Positions 35,515-45,545 are shown, counted from the first letter of the stretch. The stretch is DNA of 64,000 nt from a virus (IMGVR_UViG_3300050343_000064:771-64770), one strand, 5' to 3'. Numbers and translations are program-made. Notes: generated by a model not told the origin, from the sequence alone.

Positions 35515-37171
35515 TCATTGCACCTTTTCTTCTCTTCTACCTTCATCATAAGTTTTCATTAAACCTAATTTTTGAAAAGGTATTGCAAGATAAGAGTTTC
35601 TCACTCCCTGCATAAAAGAATCTCCTTCACTAGCCATCTTATCAGCTATCAATGCTCCTTCGAAAAGTGCTTCTGGTATGACTCCTAACTTCACTATATT
35701 ACTTGCCCCCATGGCCTTTATACCTTTTGTTAATTTAGAAAAATTACTAGATTCTGCTTTAGTAAAATCTACTCCACCTTTTTTAACTCTTTCTAATCCA
35801 TTTTTAAAACAAACATCAACATTAACAGGTCCATCTTTTAAACCGATTCTACCGCCTTGATTTTTAAAACCTCTACCACAGTCACCACCACCTAAACTAG
35901 CTATTAAAGATTTAATTTCTTTTACATCAGCTTGAACCTGTGTTTTTGTTTTTGAAGCATTTTCCATAGCCGTGGTTTTTAAATTTTTTACTATAGCTTT
36001 ATCTTGTTTGTTTATGTCTGCTAACTTTGTATCTTTTCCTAACAGTTCTGTGGGATCAAGTTCTTGAGAAGGGCTACTAAAATTAATTGTAAATTCTTTT
36101 CCAGTGTAAGGATCTATTCCTGTAAATTTTTTATAACCTTTTGTAGCAGCTGCTAAATCATTTCCTCTTTGATTTAATATATCCATTTCTTTTAAATAAC
36201 CTTTTGGTTTATTTTTATACAAATTTGCTAATTTTTTATTTAACTGTCTCATTTCAGTATCAACTTCTTTTAAAACTTCTTGATTTATTTCTTGTGCCGC
36301 ATAACCAATATTACTTGTTTTAACATCTTGTGTTAATTTATCACCTAAATGACTTTTTTGTAATCTAACAACGTCATCATCCGCAGCGTCTGCAAAAAAT
36401 TTTCCACTCGTCATTGGTGCAGAAAGAACTCTTTCAAAATACCTATCACTAAATTTTTTAATAGCTTTCTTCTCAGCATCCCTAATTGCTTTAGTATATT
36501 CACCAGGATCTTGTATTGGAATGTATTTTCTTTGACCTAGTTTACTTATATATCTATCAAAAGTTTTAAAATCAATATTATATCTATTTGCAATATTTCC
36601 AATCATTCCTCTTTTAGGGTTTTTTATTTTTCTATAATCATTTAATGCTTTTTCCATATTTGGATTTTCTATTCCATAAATATTTAGATCTTTTGCGTAC
36701 TCTCTAATTTCTTTTGCTAAAGTTTTAGTAAACACATTATCTGTTCCTTTTTTAACAGTAGAACCGTCTATGTTTTTTGTACCTACTTTTTTATAAAATT
36801 TCTTTTGATACTTTTTTACAATGTTATCAATATTACCATATCCTTTTTTTTCTAAATTGGAAACTTCTTCAAAAGCTTTTTCTAATTGATTTATAAATTT
36901 TTTATCATTTAATAAATTACCTGCACCTCTTTCTTTTTGAAGTTCAATTATGCTTTTACCTTTTGGAATATTTTTCATAGCTTCATTAAGATCAGTTCTT
37001 GCTTCTTTAATAGTTGATCGAGAAGTTATACCCGGGCCGTGATCCGTCGTCACTGGGTTGTACCAACATACCACCATCATTGAACATGGGTCGTGATTCA
37101 AGGACCGTGGCGCTTGGGCCATCGTCATCGTAGATTGCACTTAGATCTTGTATTCTTTTAAAGAGATCCAT
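35515..37171 (-). CDS. Variable Lys-rich putative head-cargo protein (indels near start, truncated end)
   Basis: Long ORF; an alternate frame near the start gives MFNDGGMLVQPSDDGSRPGY; KNQGGRIGLKDG near the end. Confidence 0.65.
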
Positions 37172-39670
37172 TACTCACCTAACATTCTAGCGATACCACC
37201 TGATGCGTAATCATCATACTCATAATAATCACCTTGTTTTTTTGTAGCGTAGTCAGATATTTCTCCTATATCCCCTTCATTAATTTTTCTAACTCTGTCT
37301 TTTCTTTTTTTGGAAGCTACAAATTCTTTCATAGTAGGTCCTTTACCTGTCGCGTATTCTTTTAGTTTAGACACATCAGAATCTAAATCTTTAATTTTGT
37401 CTCCAATCATTGGTTCTGGATCAATGCTATAATCATCAGGGCCATTGGATCTTGCAGCAAGACCTTGTTCAAATGTTTCAAACTCGTCTGCAGGTTTTAT
37501 ACCTTTTGTAGCTTCATCTGCTTGACCTCTAGTATAAGATAAAACTGGTTCATCGAGCATAACATCCGGACTACTATAATCAACTCTAATAGAATCAGTA
37601 TCTAGATCTCTATAAACTGTTACTTCATTATCCGCATCAATTTTTTTAGTATGTACAACTTGACGTTCTGTTACTGCAAATTTTTTAGTAACATCATCTC
37701 CTTCAATAATTACTTTATTAACTAACTGATCAAACCATTCTGGTTTACCAGGAACATCTATCTGTTTTAATTACTCGGAACATTCTTAACTCCTTTAAGA
37801 GTTTTTAAAGGTTTAACAATCTTACCTATAATTGGTAGTGAAGCAAGTCCACCAAGAAATTTTAAAAATGTTCTTCTATTCATGCCAGGTCCGTCTTTAT
37901 AACCAATACGACCACCTGTTGCATTTAATTCTCTTGCTGTCTTACCACCTGTTTCCATATCTTTTAATATATTTTCTAACTGCATAATTCCTTCATCAGT
38001 TAATTTTGGTGTATCCATTTTACCCGCTGCATTCTCTGCCATCTTAGAAATTGTTCCAGCCATTTCTTCAGCCATGTTTCTATCTACACCTTTTTTAATC
38101 ATATCTTCGATCATTTCATTTTTATATTTTATAGTATTATCATCTGCACGTTTTATATTTTTAGCTGAACCTAACATCTCTTCAATAGTTTTTTGTCTAT
38201 CAGCCATCATTTGTTTTTGCATATTTTTAATTAAGTCTGGTGCGGCAATACCTTTTTCAATATCAAACTTTCTATAAATGTTTGGATCTTCTAACATTTG
38301 ATTTAATCTTTTTGGATTAACTATTCTTAAAATATCAGAAGGGTTTTTGACTGAATCACTTTTCTTACCAAAATAATTTAACATTTCTCTTAAAGTAGAT
38401 AATCCTTTTTGAACTGTAGGTCTACTACCCATGAATAAACCAATACGTCCACCGTCTGAATTTTCTTTACGACCTTTTGTTTTAAAATTAGAAAGCTCTA
38501 AAGTTTGTTCTAATTTTTTATATCCTTCAGGGTCTGTCTCTTTCATGTATCTTGTAAACTCTTCTGAAATTTCTGGGTCAGACATGTTAATACCTTTACC
38601 TTCTTTCATAGACTTTAATGTTTTTTCTGGTTTAGATATTTTTTGGAACTCACCTCTTTGTTTACTTAAAGCAGTATAAGCTTTGTCATAAAGATCCATT
38701 TGTTGAGCTTGAGTTAAATCATCATACTCCATCTGAAACATTTTTTCTGCTAAATCATCTGCTACTAGTTGTGCATCATATTTAATATCTCCTGTATAAC
38801 CCGGTGATGCATTATCAATTGCATCTGCCATAGGATCATTTGGTCCCCCTAGTCTTTTAGATCCTCCAATTGATTTATATTCTGCAAACATTTCAGCTTC
38901 ATAGTCCTTTAATGTTTTTTCTCTTTTTAAAAGTTCTTCTATAGTTTCATCACCTGCAACATTAAAACCCATACTGTCTTCAGCATCATCTAATATTTCT
39001 TTGTAATAATCATAGTCAGGTGTTTTACCATCTTCCATAAACACACCTTCTTTTTTGTTAATTCTATTATCTGCTGTTTTAAACATATCACGCTCTAGCG
39101 TTTTTAGAGGGATAGGTGCTTTGTCAGCAGTTGTAATTGATTTCTTACCAAATTTATTTCTTACTAAATCTATTAAACTTTCTACTCCTTTTTTTCCTGC
39201 ACCAAATTTGTAACCAATACGTCCGCCATTAGCAAAGTTTTCTGGAATATATTTTTTAGAAAAAGTTTTAAAATCCATCTTACCACCTTTATTTAAATAA
39301 TCTTTATAAAAAGAAATCATCGCTCATCGATCTTATCATCGATAGTTATAACTCCCTCTCCATCTTTGTAACCAATACGGCCTCCACCCATTGCTCTTTC
39401 TTCAGGCTCATTTAATTTCTTTTTCATAGACGCAATACCTTCTTCATTTTGTTTCATCAGTCTTCGTCTAATATCATCTTCTGTCTCTGGAATATTTTTA
39501 CCACCCATAATAGGTTTATTAGGATTAATAGCACTACGATCAAACATACTGACAACTTTTCTTTCATCAATAGATTGTTTGGCTGCTTTCTGTCTTAACA
39601 GAATCATTTCCATATTGTTAGGCATTCTGCCTTTACTTGCTTTAAATGCTTCTATTAAAAATTTTAACAT
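37171..39670 (-). CDS. Modular ~830-aa putative cargo protein/polyprotein with four GGRIG motifs (three ORF fragments)
   Basis: 39317-39670, 37767-39320 and 37171-37560 join through indels; bridging PGKPEWFDQLVNKVI reads at ~37700-37750. Confidence 0.65.
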
Positions 39671-41147
39671 TAATAGTAATTCCTTTTACGTTGCTCTTGT
39701 GGTTCATCCACATAATCTTCAGGGTGTTGTAATAATCCTGCCTGCCTGAATCGCATAATCGCTTGTGTTGTACTATCAACAAGGTCGTCATGATCGCCAT
39801 AAGGAAACGCAGCGCACTCTTCAATGACGTCATCTGCAAATTTCTGTTCAGGTGCCCATATCATACCAGATTCAAACAAAGGTGCAACAGCATTTACACG
39901 TGAATGTTTATCATTTCCACGAGACGGTGTGAAGTTCACAACCGGTATATCCATTTGTCTTAACTCATATGTAAGAGGTAAACCTGATGCTTTTGCCTCA
40001 ACTATAACCGATTCTGGTTGCCAATACTTATATTGCTCTAATGCAAGTCTACGTAATTCAGGAAACTCATAACTCCTTTTATAGAATCAAGGAGCATTAA
40101 ATTAGCTCCTGAGTCTTGGTCCGGATAAAATACACCCCAAGTAGTAATAGCACTATAGTCGGCAGTTTCTTTTTTTAAAAATGCTGTATCATAAGATTGT
40201 ATGACATGATGCAGTTCTGGTATCCAATCTTTTCCCACACTCTCCACCATTCACGTTTTATAATTGCTCCTTCTTCAGACGTTGGGTTTTGCATCCACTG
40301 CGCATTCCATTTGCCCGTGGGCAGTGTTGCTTGGACCTTCTCTAATTCATCTAGCTTCCAATACTCAGGCCAAACTGGTTTAGCTTTCTTTGATCCGTGG
40401 TCCATGATTGCTGGAAAGAGACCACGTGCCACTGATCAGCTTTAGCTTCTTTTTGGTTTGCAATTAATTTTCCTGTAAGATCTTTGTTAGACCATCTTGT
40501 CATTACAATATAATTTTACCACCAGGTTGAAGACGTTGTCTTGGTCCTGATGTGTACCATTCATAAGCAGACTCCATTGCAGTCGGCTGACATTGCGTCT
40601 TGCTCCGAATGTGGGTCATCAATTATTAATAGGTCAGCACCCCGTCCGGTTATTGCACCGCCAACTCCAGCTGCAAAATACTCACCACCTTGTGCTGTTT
40701 CCCACCTACCAGCGGCTTGCGAGTCTTCTCTTAGTCTTGTTTCAAATATTTTTCCATAATCGTCACTATCAATTAAGTTCTTAGCTTTACGACCAAATCT
40801 TACGGCTAGTTCTCCTGTGTGAGTTGCTTGAATTATTTTTAACTTAGGGTTACGGCCCACCATCCACGCTGGTAACAAGTAACTTGCAAACTCTGATTTC
40901 GTATGACGTGGAGGCATATTTACTATCAGTCGGTTTATTTCTCCCGTTGCAAGTTGATTAAATTTTTTTGCTATGTGTCTGTGGTGCGAGCCTTCTATAA
41001 AATCGGGCCACACACATTTGACAAAGGACATGAAGTCATCTCTGGCTTTACCTTGTATTTGTTTTTCTGCATGCATGACTTGCAGTTTCTTGAATGTCTT
41101 TCTGACGTCTGCAGGTAGCTTACTATATCTACGTTATTTAAATTCAT
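39670..41147 (-). CDS. terL: Terminase large subunit (fragmented)
   Basis: NMPPRHTKS, GRGADLLIIDDP, QSYDTA, ADYSAITTWG, EAKASG, FPYGDHDDLVDS. Confidence 0.93.
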
Positions 41148-41366
41148 AAAATTTTTTAAAAAATTTTTTTATAATTTTTTTGCACCATAAAGTGTTGAAT
41201 ATGTTTTTACCACCCTTATCTGTCTAAATCAAGCAATACAACCTAGAGTAGTGGGACCCCTTTTTGTGTAAAGGGTGTGGGGTCGACGTTAGTTGCAATG
41301 TTGGTATTGGATAGGGATCCGTGCGCCTAGGCGCGTTAGCGCCTAGGCAGAAAGGTTGGTGTTAAT

Positions 41367-41600
41367 CTAATAACACCATGTATGCTTCAGCATTATGCTG
41401 TCTGAAGTAGTTGATGTCTTTACGTACTTTGTCCCAAAGCTTTGACGTACCGTCAACACCTGCGTCTTGATCTTCAGTGTTGCTTCCATCTCATTGATAA
41501 AGATTCTATCATGAATGATAGCTTCTTCCTTTGTCAACATAATAGACTCGCCATTGAATCTATTCTTACGTTGTTCTGTCTTGTTATCTTTTAGTTCCAT
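41367..41600 (-). CDS. Early hypothetical protein (frameshifted)
   Basis: RKNRFNGESIMLTKEEAIIHD; GAGG RBS. Confidence 0.55.
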   Translation of the reverse strand: MELKDNKTEQRKNRFNGESIMLTKEEAIIHDRIFINEMEATLKIKTQVLTVRQSFGTKYVKTSTTSDSIMLKHTWCY

Positions 41601-41832
41601 GCTGACCTCACGACTCCACCGTTGGTTGCTTTGTTCAAAGCTTCCAGGTATTCCGTCTCAGTTAACTTTAATACTTCTAAACAAAAATGATGTTTAGTCC
41701 CCTGGTCAGCGCCTGGAGATGCCAAGTATCTGGCACCTGGTCCAGTAGTCCTCTTCACGCTCTTGCGCCACCTGGTAAGTATTCTGCTTTAATTGTTTTT
41801 GTCATAATATACCTTTCTTTGTTAATAGGATA

Positions 41833-41861
41833 ATCCTACTCTATAAGCTGACCATTGTCAA
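41833..41861 (-). promoter_or_regulatory. Early promoter TTGACA-N17-TAGGAT
   Basis: tgtcaa 41856-41861, atccta 41833-41838; GAAAGG RBS and ATG follow. Confidence 0.75.
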
Positions 41862-42171
41862 CCCTTTGAATAGAATATTCTGCACCCCACCTTTCTTCGT
41901 TCTTAACCTTGGCATATCCTTGGCTCTCTCGTCTGTGTCTGATAAACTCAATCGGTCGACCTTGTTCGATGTTTTCCATGTTAATGATAACCATGAAACT
42001 TACATGATTGACTACAAAAATATTTATCTGAGTCCGAATACCAATTTTGATTGTCATGTTACAGTATGCATAACGACCTCTAATCACTCCACGAGATTTT
42101 AGAAACCTATCTTGTGTAACTGTTTCATGGCAATGTTTATTTGGTCCTTGGCAAAAATGTTTGTTTGGCAT
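41836..42171 (-). CDS. Early Cys-containing hypothetical protein
   Basis: MPNKHFCQGPNKHC...; internal indels likely. Confidence 0.5.
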   Translation of the reverse strand: MPNKHFCQGPNKHCHETVTQDRFLKSRGVIRGRYAYCNMTIKIGIRTQINIFVVNHVSFMVIINMENIEQGRPIEFIRHRRESQGYAKVKNEERWGAEYSIQRVDNGQLIE

Positions 42172-42359
42172 TAGTGCCTCACTTTCCAAGTTGTAGTTGC
42201 AGTTCTGTAACCATGACTATCTAAGTCATAATAAACATAATATGGAACACCTTGTTTTGATGTGCCATATCTTGACTTGTCGTCATGTTTGCCTTTTCTT
42301 GTAATGTGCTTCTTATGTTTAGAAGCCCAATAAGTTATGTAGAATGTTTTGTTTGTCAT
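42171..42359 (-). CDS. Early hypothetical protein
   Basis: FYITYWASKHKKHITRKG..YYDLD..GYRTA; own promoter and RBS. Confidence 0.7.
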   Translation of the reverse strand: MTNKTFYITYWASKHKKHITRKGKHDDKSRYGTSKQGVPYYVYYDLDSHGYRTATTTWKVRH

Positions 42360-42385
42360 ATTATACCTTTCTAGTTAATAGGACT

Positions 42386-42414
42386 ATCCTATAACAGATA
42401 GCCCTATTTGTCAA
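42386..42414 (-). promoter_or_regulatory. Early promoter TTGACA-N17-TAGGAT
   Basis: tgtcaa 42409-42414, atccta 42386-42391. Confidence 0.75.
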
Positions 42415-42417
42415 ACT

Positions 42418-43386
42418 TTAATTTAGACTTTCTTCATATTTTTTTCTTGCCAATATTTTCGCCTCTCTTGATTGGTTCTTGTTCTTCATACCTTTAATCA
42501 TACTAGCCAAGTTGCTTGGATTGTAGATTGTCAATCCTGTTGAGTTAGTTCTAATTAACTCTGCCTCATCAACTTGTATTCCAAGTTCAGTTGCAAGTTC
42601 AATTCCCTCACTCAAGATATCTGTATGCTTTCAATCCAATTTTTAATTGGTCGGATTGTTTTTGGATTGTATCAATCCATGTTTGGTGTTTAGATACTAG
42701 ATTGCCTTTTGCAATTCGCCATGCCTCAAATGTTGGTACTCATCTTTAGTACAAGCGATTGCTCTTGAACGACAATAAGAAGTTCCAATGACATCAAGAT
42801 AGTATTGATCATTAAAAGTTTTAGTCATGCCTGTACTATCATCACGACTACTATAACTATTACCAACTCTGCCAAGTGCTTTCATACAAGCCTCAACATG
42901 TTTTGTTTTGTGTGGATTATCTTTGTTTTCATTTTGTTGAGCAAAGATATCTGGGTTGCAATCCATAGCTTTTAAATCTTCTCTAAAATATGCAGTTGCA
43001 AACTTTTGTCCGTCTTCACTACTATACTCACTACCATTTAGATTACCAAACAAACCAAAATCAAAATGTGATTTAGTTTCTTTAATATCGCCGTCTTCAT
43101 CTTTGTCCTCACTATGTGCAAAGTAAAAGCATTTATCTTTTGCAACAACATCACAAGGACTTCCATATTTCTTTTTGAAAGTTCTTAAAGTTGCAACATC
43201 TTCTGGTGGATATGATCTCTCAACAACTTCTTTTGCAAGTTGACTTGCAGTTATATATTGCTCGTCAACATATTCTCTTGCTTGAAGAAATGCCTCTCGT
43301 TCTTGTGTGTCCTCGTTCTCAAAGACATCTTTTATTTTATTAAAGAGTTTGTTTCGCAACTCTGTATTCATTCTTATTTTTGTCAT
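42418..43386 (-). CDS. Early hypothetical protein (~320 aa, split by indels)
   Basis: ORFs 42697-43386 and 42418-42615 are collinear. Confidence 0.65.
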
Positions 43387-43430
43387 TTTAGACCTTTCTA
43401 TATTTATTTTAATTTAATTTGTTTTACTAC

Positions 43431-43459
43431 TTGACAATAGGATAGTCAAGGATTATATA
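43431..43459 (+). promoter_or_regulatory. Promoter TTGACA-N17-TATATA containing the palindrome TTGAC-N9-GTCAA; divergence point of the early region
   Basis: ttgacaataggatagtcaaggattatata. Confidence 0.7.
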
Positions 43460-43503
43460 TTAAATATGTTTTTTATTCTGTTTAGGTGAAATAAAAAAAT
43501 AGG

Positions 43504-43945
43504 AGCAGGGGATACCCTAAAAATTCCCCTGCACTGATCCCTGATCCAATAAAGGAACGTAAGATAAGAAGCGATGTTGCAACATCGAACCATTGGATCT
43601 GGGATCAGTCATTATTGACTGTGGAGATAAACACTATAACACGGCGGACGCTTAAGGGTACCCCGAATGTTGACTGAAGGACAGGGCGTCAACTCCCCGC
43701 GTAGCATAGTGACTGATCATTATTTGCTGGACCCTGACAGGTGATAACCTGTTAGGCCTGTTGCCCGGGCTGTTAAAATAAAGCACGCCGGCCTGTTGGT
43801 CCTGCTAATGATAGTATCAGTAAGTGTACAACCAGCGTCCACATCTTGCCTCTGGCATTTCCCTGTACGTTAGCGATGATCCGCAAGGTAGCAATGGGTG
43901 TACCACCAGCCCGCGCCGGGTCCCTGATCAAGGGGCGCGGATGGT
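43504..43945 (+). ncRNA. Candidate structured ncRNA / array of abutting stem-loops
   Basis: GC-rich, no ORF of 60 aa or more, at least five adjacent inverted repeats downstream of a consensus promoter. Confidence 0.55.
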
Positions 43946-43994
43946 AATATGAATTGCCAGTTTAGAATGATTCTAAAAATCATTCTAAAGAAGA

Positions 43995-44032
43995 GAAGCC
44001 TGAAGCGCCAAGCCTCAAGCAGCAAGCAACGC
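43995..44032 (+). repeat. (NN[C/G]AAGC)n heptamer run A
   Basis: gaagc ctgaagc gccaagc ctcaagc agcaagc, running into TTGACA. Confidence 0.75.
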
Positions 44033-44061
44033 TTGACAATGGTTCAGGGATAATGTAGGAT
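44033..44061 (+). promoter_or_regulatory. Early promoter TTGACA-N17-TAGGAT
   Basis: ttgaca 44033-44038, taggat 44056-44061. Confidence 0.75.
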
Positions 44062-44331
44062 TAATATAGAAAGTGAGAAATACATATGAGTAAAATAAAA
44101 ATAACGAAGCTGGTGAGCAGCTGAACAGAGTAGCTATTGCCCTGGAAGAGATCCTGCGGATGGTGAAGGAAGATCAGGAACGATCTAAAAAATATCATGG
44201 AAGACTGTCCAGCCGAATACGGAAGCATTTTAGATCCACGATGGATGATGCCTATGACTACCCGATCAGGATCCGAAAGCGTGCGGATCCTGATTAACCA
44301 CTGGCGCTGGTTACAGGACCAGGGCCCGAGC

Positions 44332-44393
44332 TACAAGCTCAAGCCACAAGCTGCAAGCGCAGCAAGCTTGCAAGATTAAATTATAAAGCAAGC
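44332..44393 (+). repeat. (NNCAAGC)n heptamer run B
   Basis: tacaagc tcaagc cacaagc tgcaagc .. agcaagc .. aagcaagc, running into TTGACA at 44394. Confidence 0.7.
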
Positions 44394-44473
44394 TTGACAG
44401 GACGTTATCCAGTACCTGGACCGAATTATAAAGTTATGTAACATCCTATAAAGCTATAAAGGAGAAAGATAAT

Positions 44474-45073
44474 ATGAATACTAAAGAAGCATGGACCCTG
44501 GTTGGAGGGTTAAGTAAACCGTCAAAGATGCCAGGCTGGGCAATTGGAATTCCAGCTGCTGAATGCAAGACTGGTAACAAATTAAAATTAATACCTAACT
44601 CAGTATGCTCAGGCTGTTATGCTGAAAAAGGTTGTTATGTTTTCGCTGTTGTACAAGCCGCGCAATACAAGCGCCTGAAGGCAATAGATCACCCGCAATG
44701 GGTTGAAGCAATGGCAACGCTTATTAATTCAAAAAAGCCTGATGTCTTTAGATGGCATGACAGCGGCGACGTTCAAGACGAAGCTCACCTGAACAAGATC
44801 TTTGAAGTCTGTAGATTAACACCGGGCAAGCGTCACTGGATGCCAACGCGTGAAGCGTGGATCAAGGACCATATGCACAAGGCGCCAGCAAATCTAGTTG
44901 TAAGATTCTCATCACCGATGATTGACCAGGGACCAGTTAAGAGCTGGGCCAATACGTCGACAGTCTCGACTAAAAGTCGAACATGTCCAGCCCCTGACAA
45001 CAACAACGAGTGCGGCAGCTGCAGAGCTTGTTGGGATCCGCTGGTAAAGAACATAGAATATGGTAAACACTAA
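44474..45073 (+). CDS. GP88-family protein (radical-SAM-like Cys-rich fold)
   Basis: LSKPSKMPG, C-x12-CSGCYA, FRWHDSGD, HWMPTRE, NLVVRFS, CPA..CGSCRACWD; AGGAG RBS. Confidence 0.8.
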   Translation: MNTKEAWTLVGGLSKPSKMPGWAIGIPAAECKTGNKLKLIPNSVCSGCYAEKGCYVFAVVQAAQYKRLKAIDHPQWVEAMATLINSKKPDVFRWHDSGDVQDEAHLNKIFEVCRLTPGKRHWMPTREAWIKDHMHKAPANLVVRFSSPMIDQGPVKSWANTSTVSTKSRTCPAPDNNNECGSCRACWDPLVKNIEYGKH

Positions 45074-45193
45074 CCATGACACACGTTTTTAAACATCCAA
45101 AATTTTACAGAATCCCTAGGGATAATAAATCGGATCAGGCCATTAGCGAGGAGCTCCTCGACGGAGGCCAGCGAGCGTGCACCTGATCCGGGC

Positions 45194-45321
45194 CTCAAGC
45201 AGCAAGCTTCAAGCACCAAGCCTCAAGCTCCAAGCATCAAGCCCCAAGCTCCTCAAGCAGCAAGCCACAAGCATCAAGCCCCAAGCAGCAAGCGTCAAGC
45301 TTAAAGCCACAAGCTTCAAGC
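45194..45321 (+). repeat. (NNCAAGC)18 heptamer run C
   Basis: 18 units counted by eye, with one 2-nt insertion at 45250-45251 and one TTAAAGC variant. Confidence 0.92.
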
Positions 45322-45545
45322 TCCATGATTCGTGAACCACGGAAAAGTTTCACGGTACCCGGACCAAGGGCCTCTGCTATGATAAATGTATTGTGTGGAT
45401 GCTTCACATGGAAGGCAATTTGATGTGGAGAGAACCTTATTTTGTTCCCTCTACAGACCTTTAATTCTACAGTGAAAAAGTGGCCAGAATTATTATAGCC
45501 CAATAGATCGGGAGTACCAAGTAAGCTATTATTTTCAAGTCTAAT
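45237..45545 (-). CDS. PD-(D/E)XK nuclease (Holliday-junction resolvase/VRR-NUC-like); 5' end fused to the upstream gene by a deletion
   Basis: RLEN..LGTPDLLG..FFTVELK..FSPHQIAFH. Confidence 0.75.
   Translation of the reverse strand: MRLENNSLLGTPDLLGYNNSGHFFTVELKVCRGNKIRFSPHQIAFHVKHPHNTFIIAEALGPGTVKLFRGSRIMELEACGFKLDACCLGLDACGLLLEELGA

Noticed and set aside
43620-43810. Known ribozyme (twister, hammerhead, pistol), riboswitch or tRNA
   Set aside because: Only fragments such as UAACAC or CUGA match; the full cores and a cloverleaf are absent by eye, so it is kept only as an unknown structured RNA candidate
45194-45321. CRISPR or mini-CRISPR array
   Set aside because: 5-nt core with 2-nt spacers is far too short; no cas operon (the 47120-47843 nuclease is an ordinary phage exonuclease)
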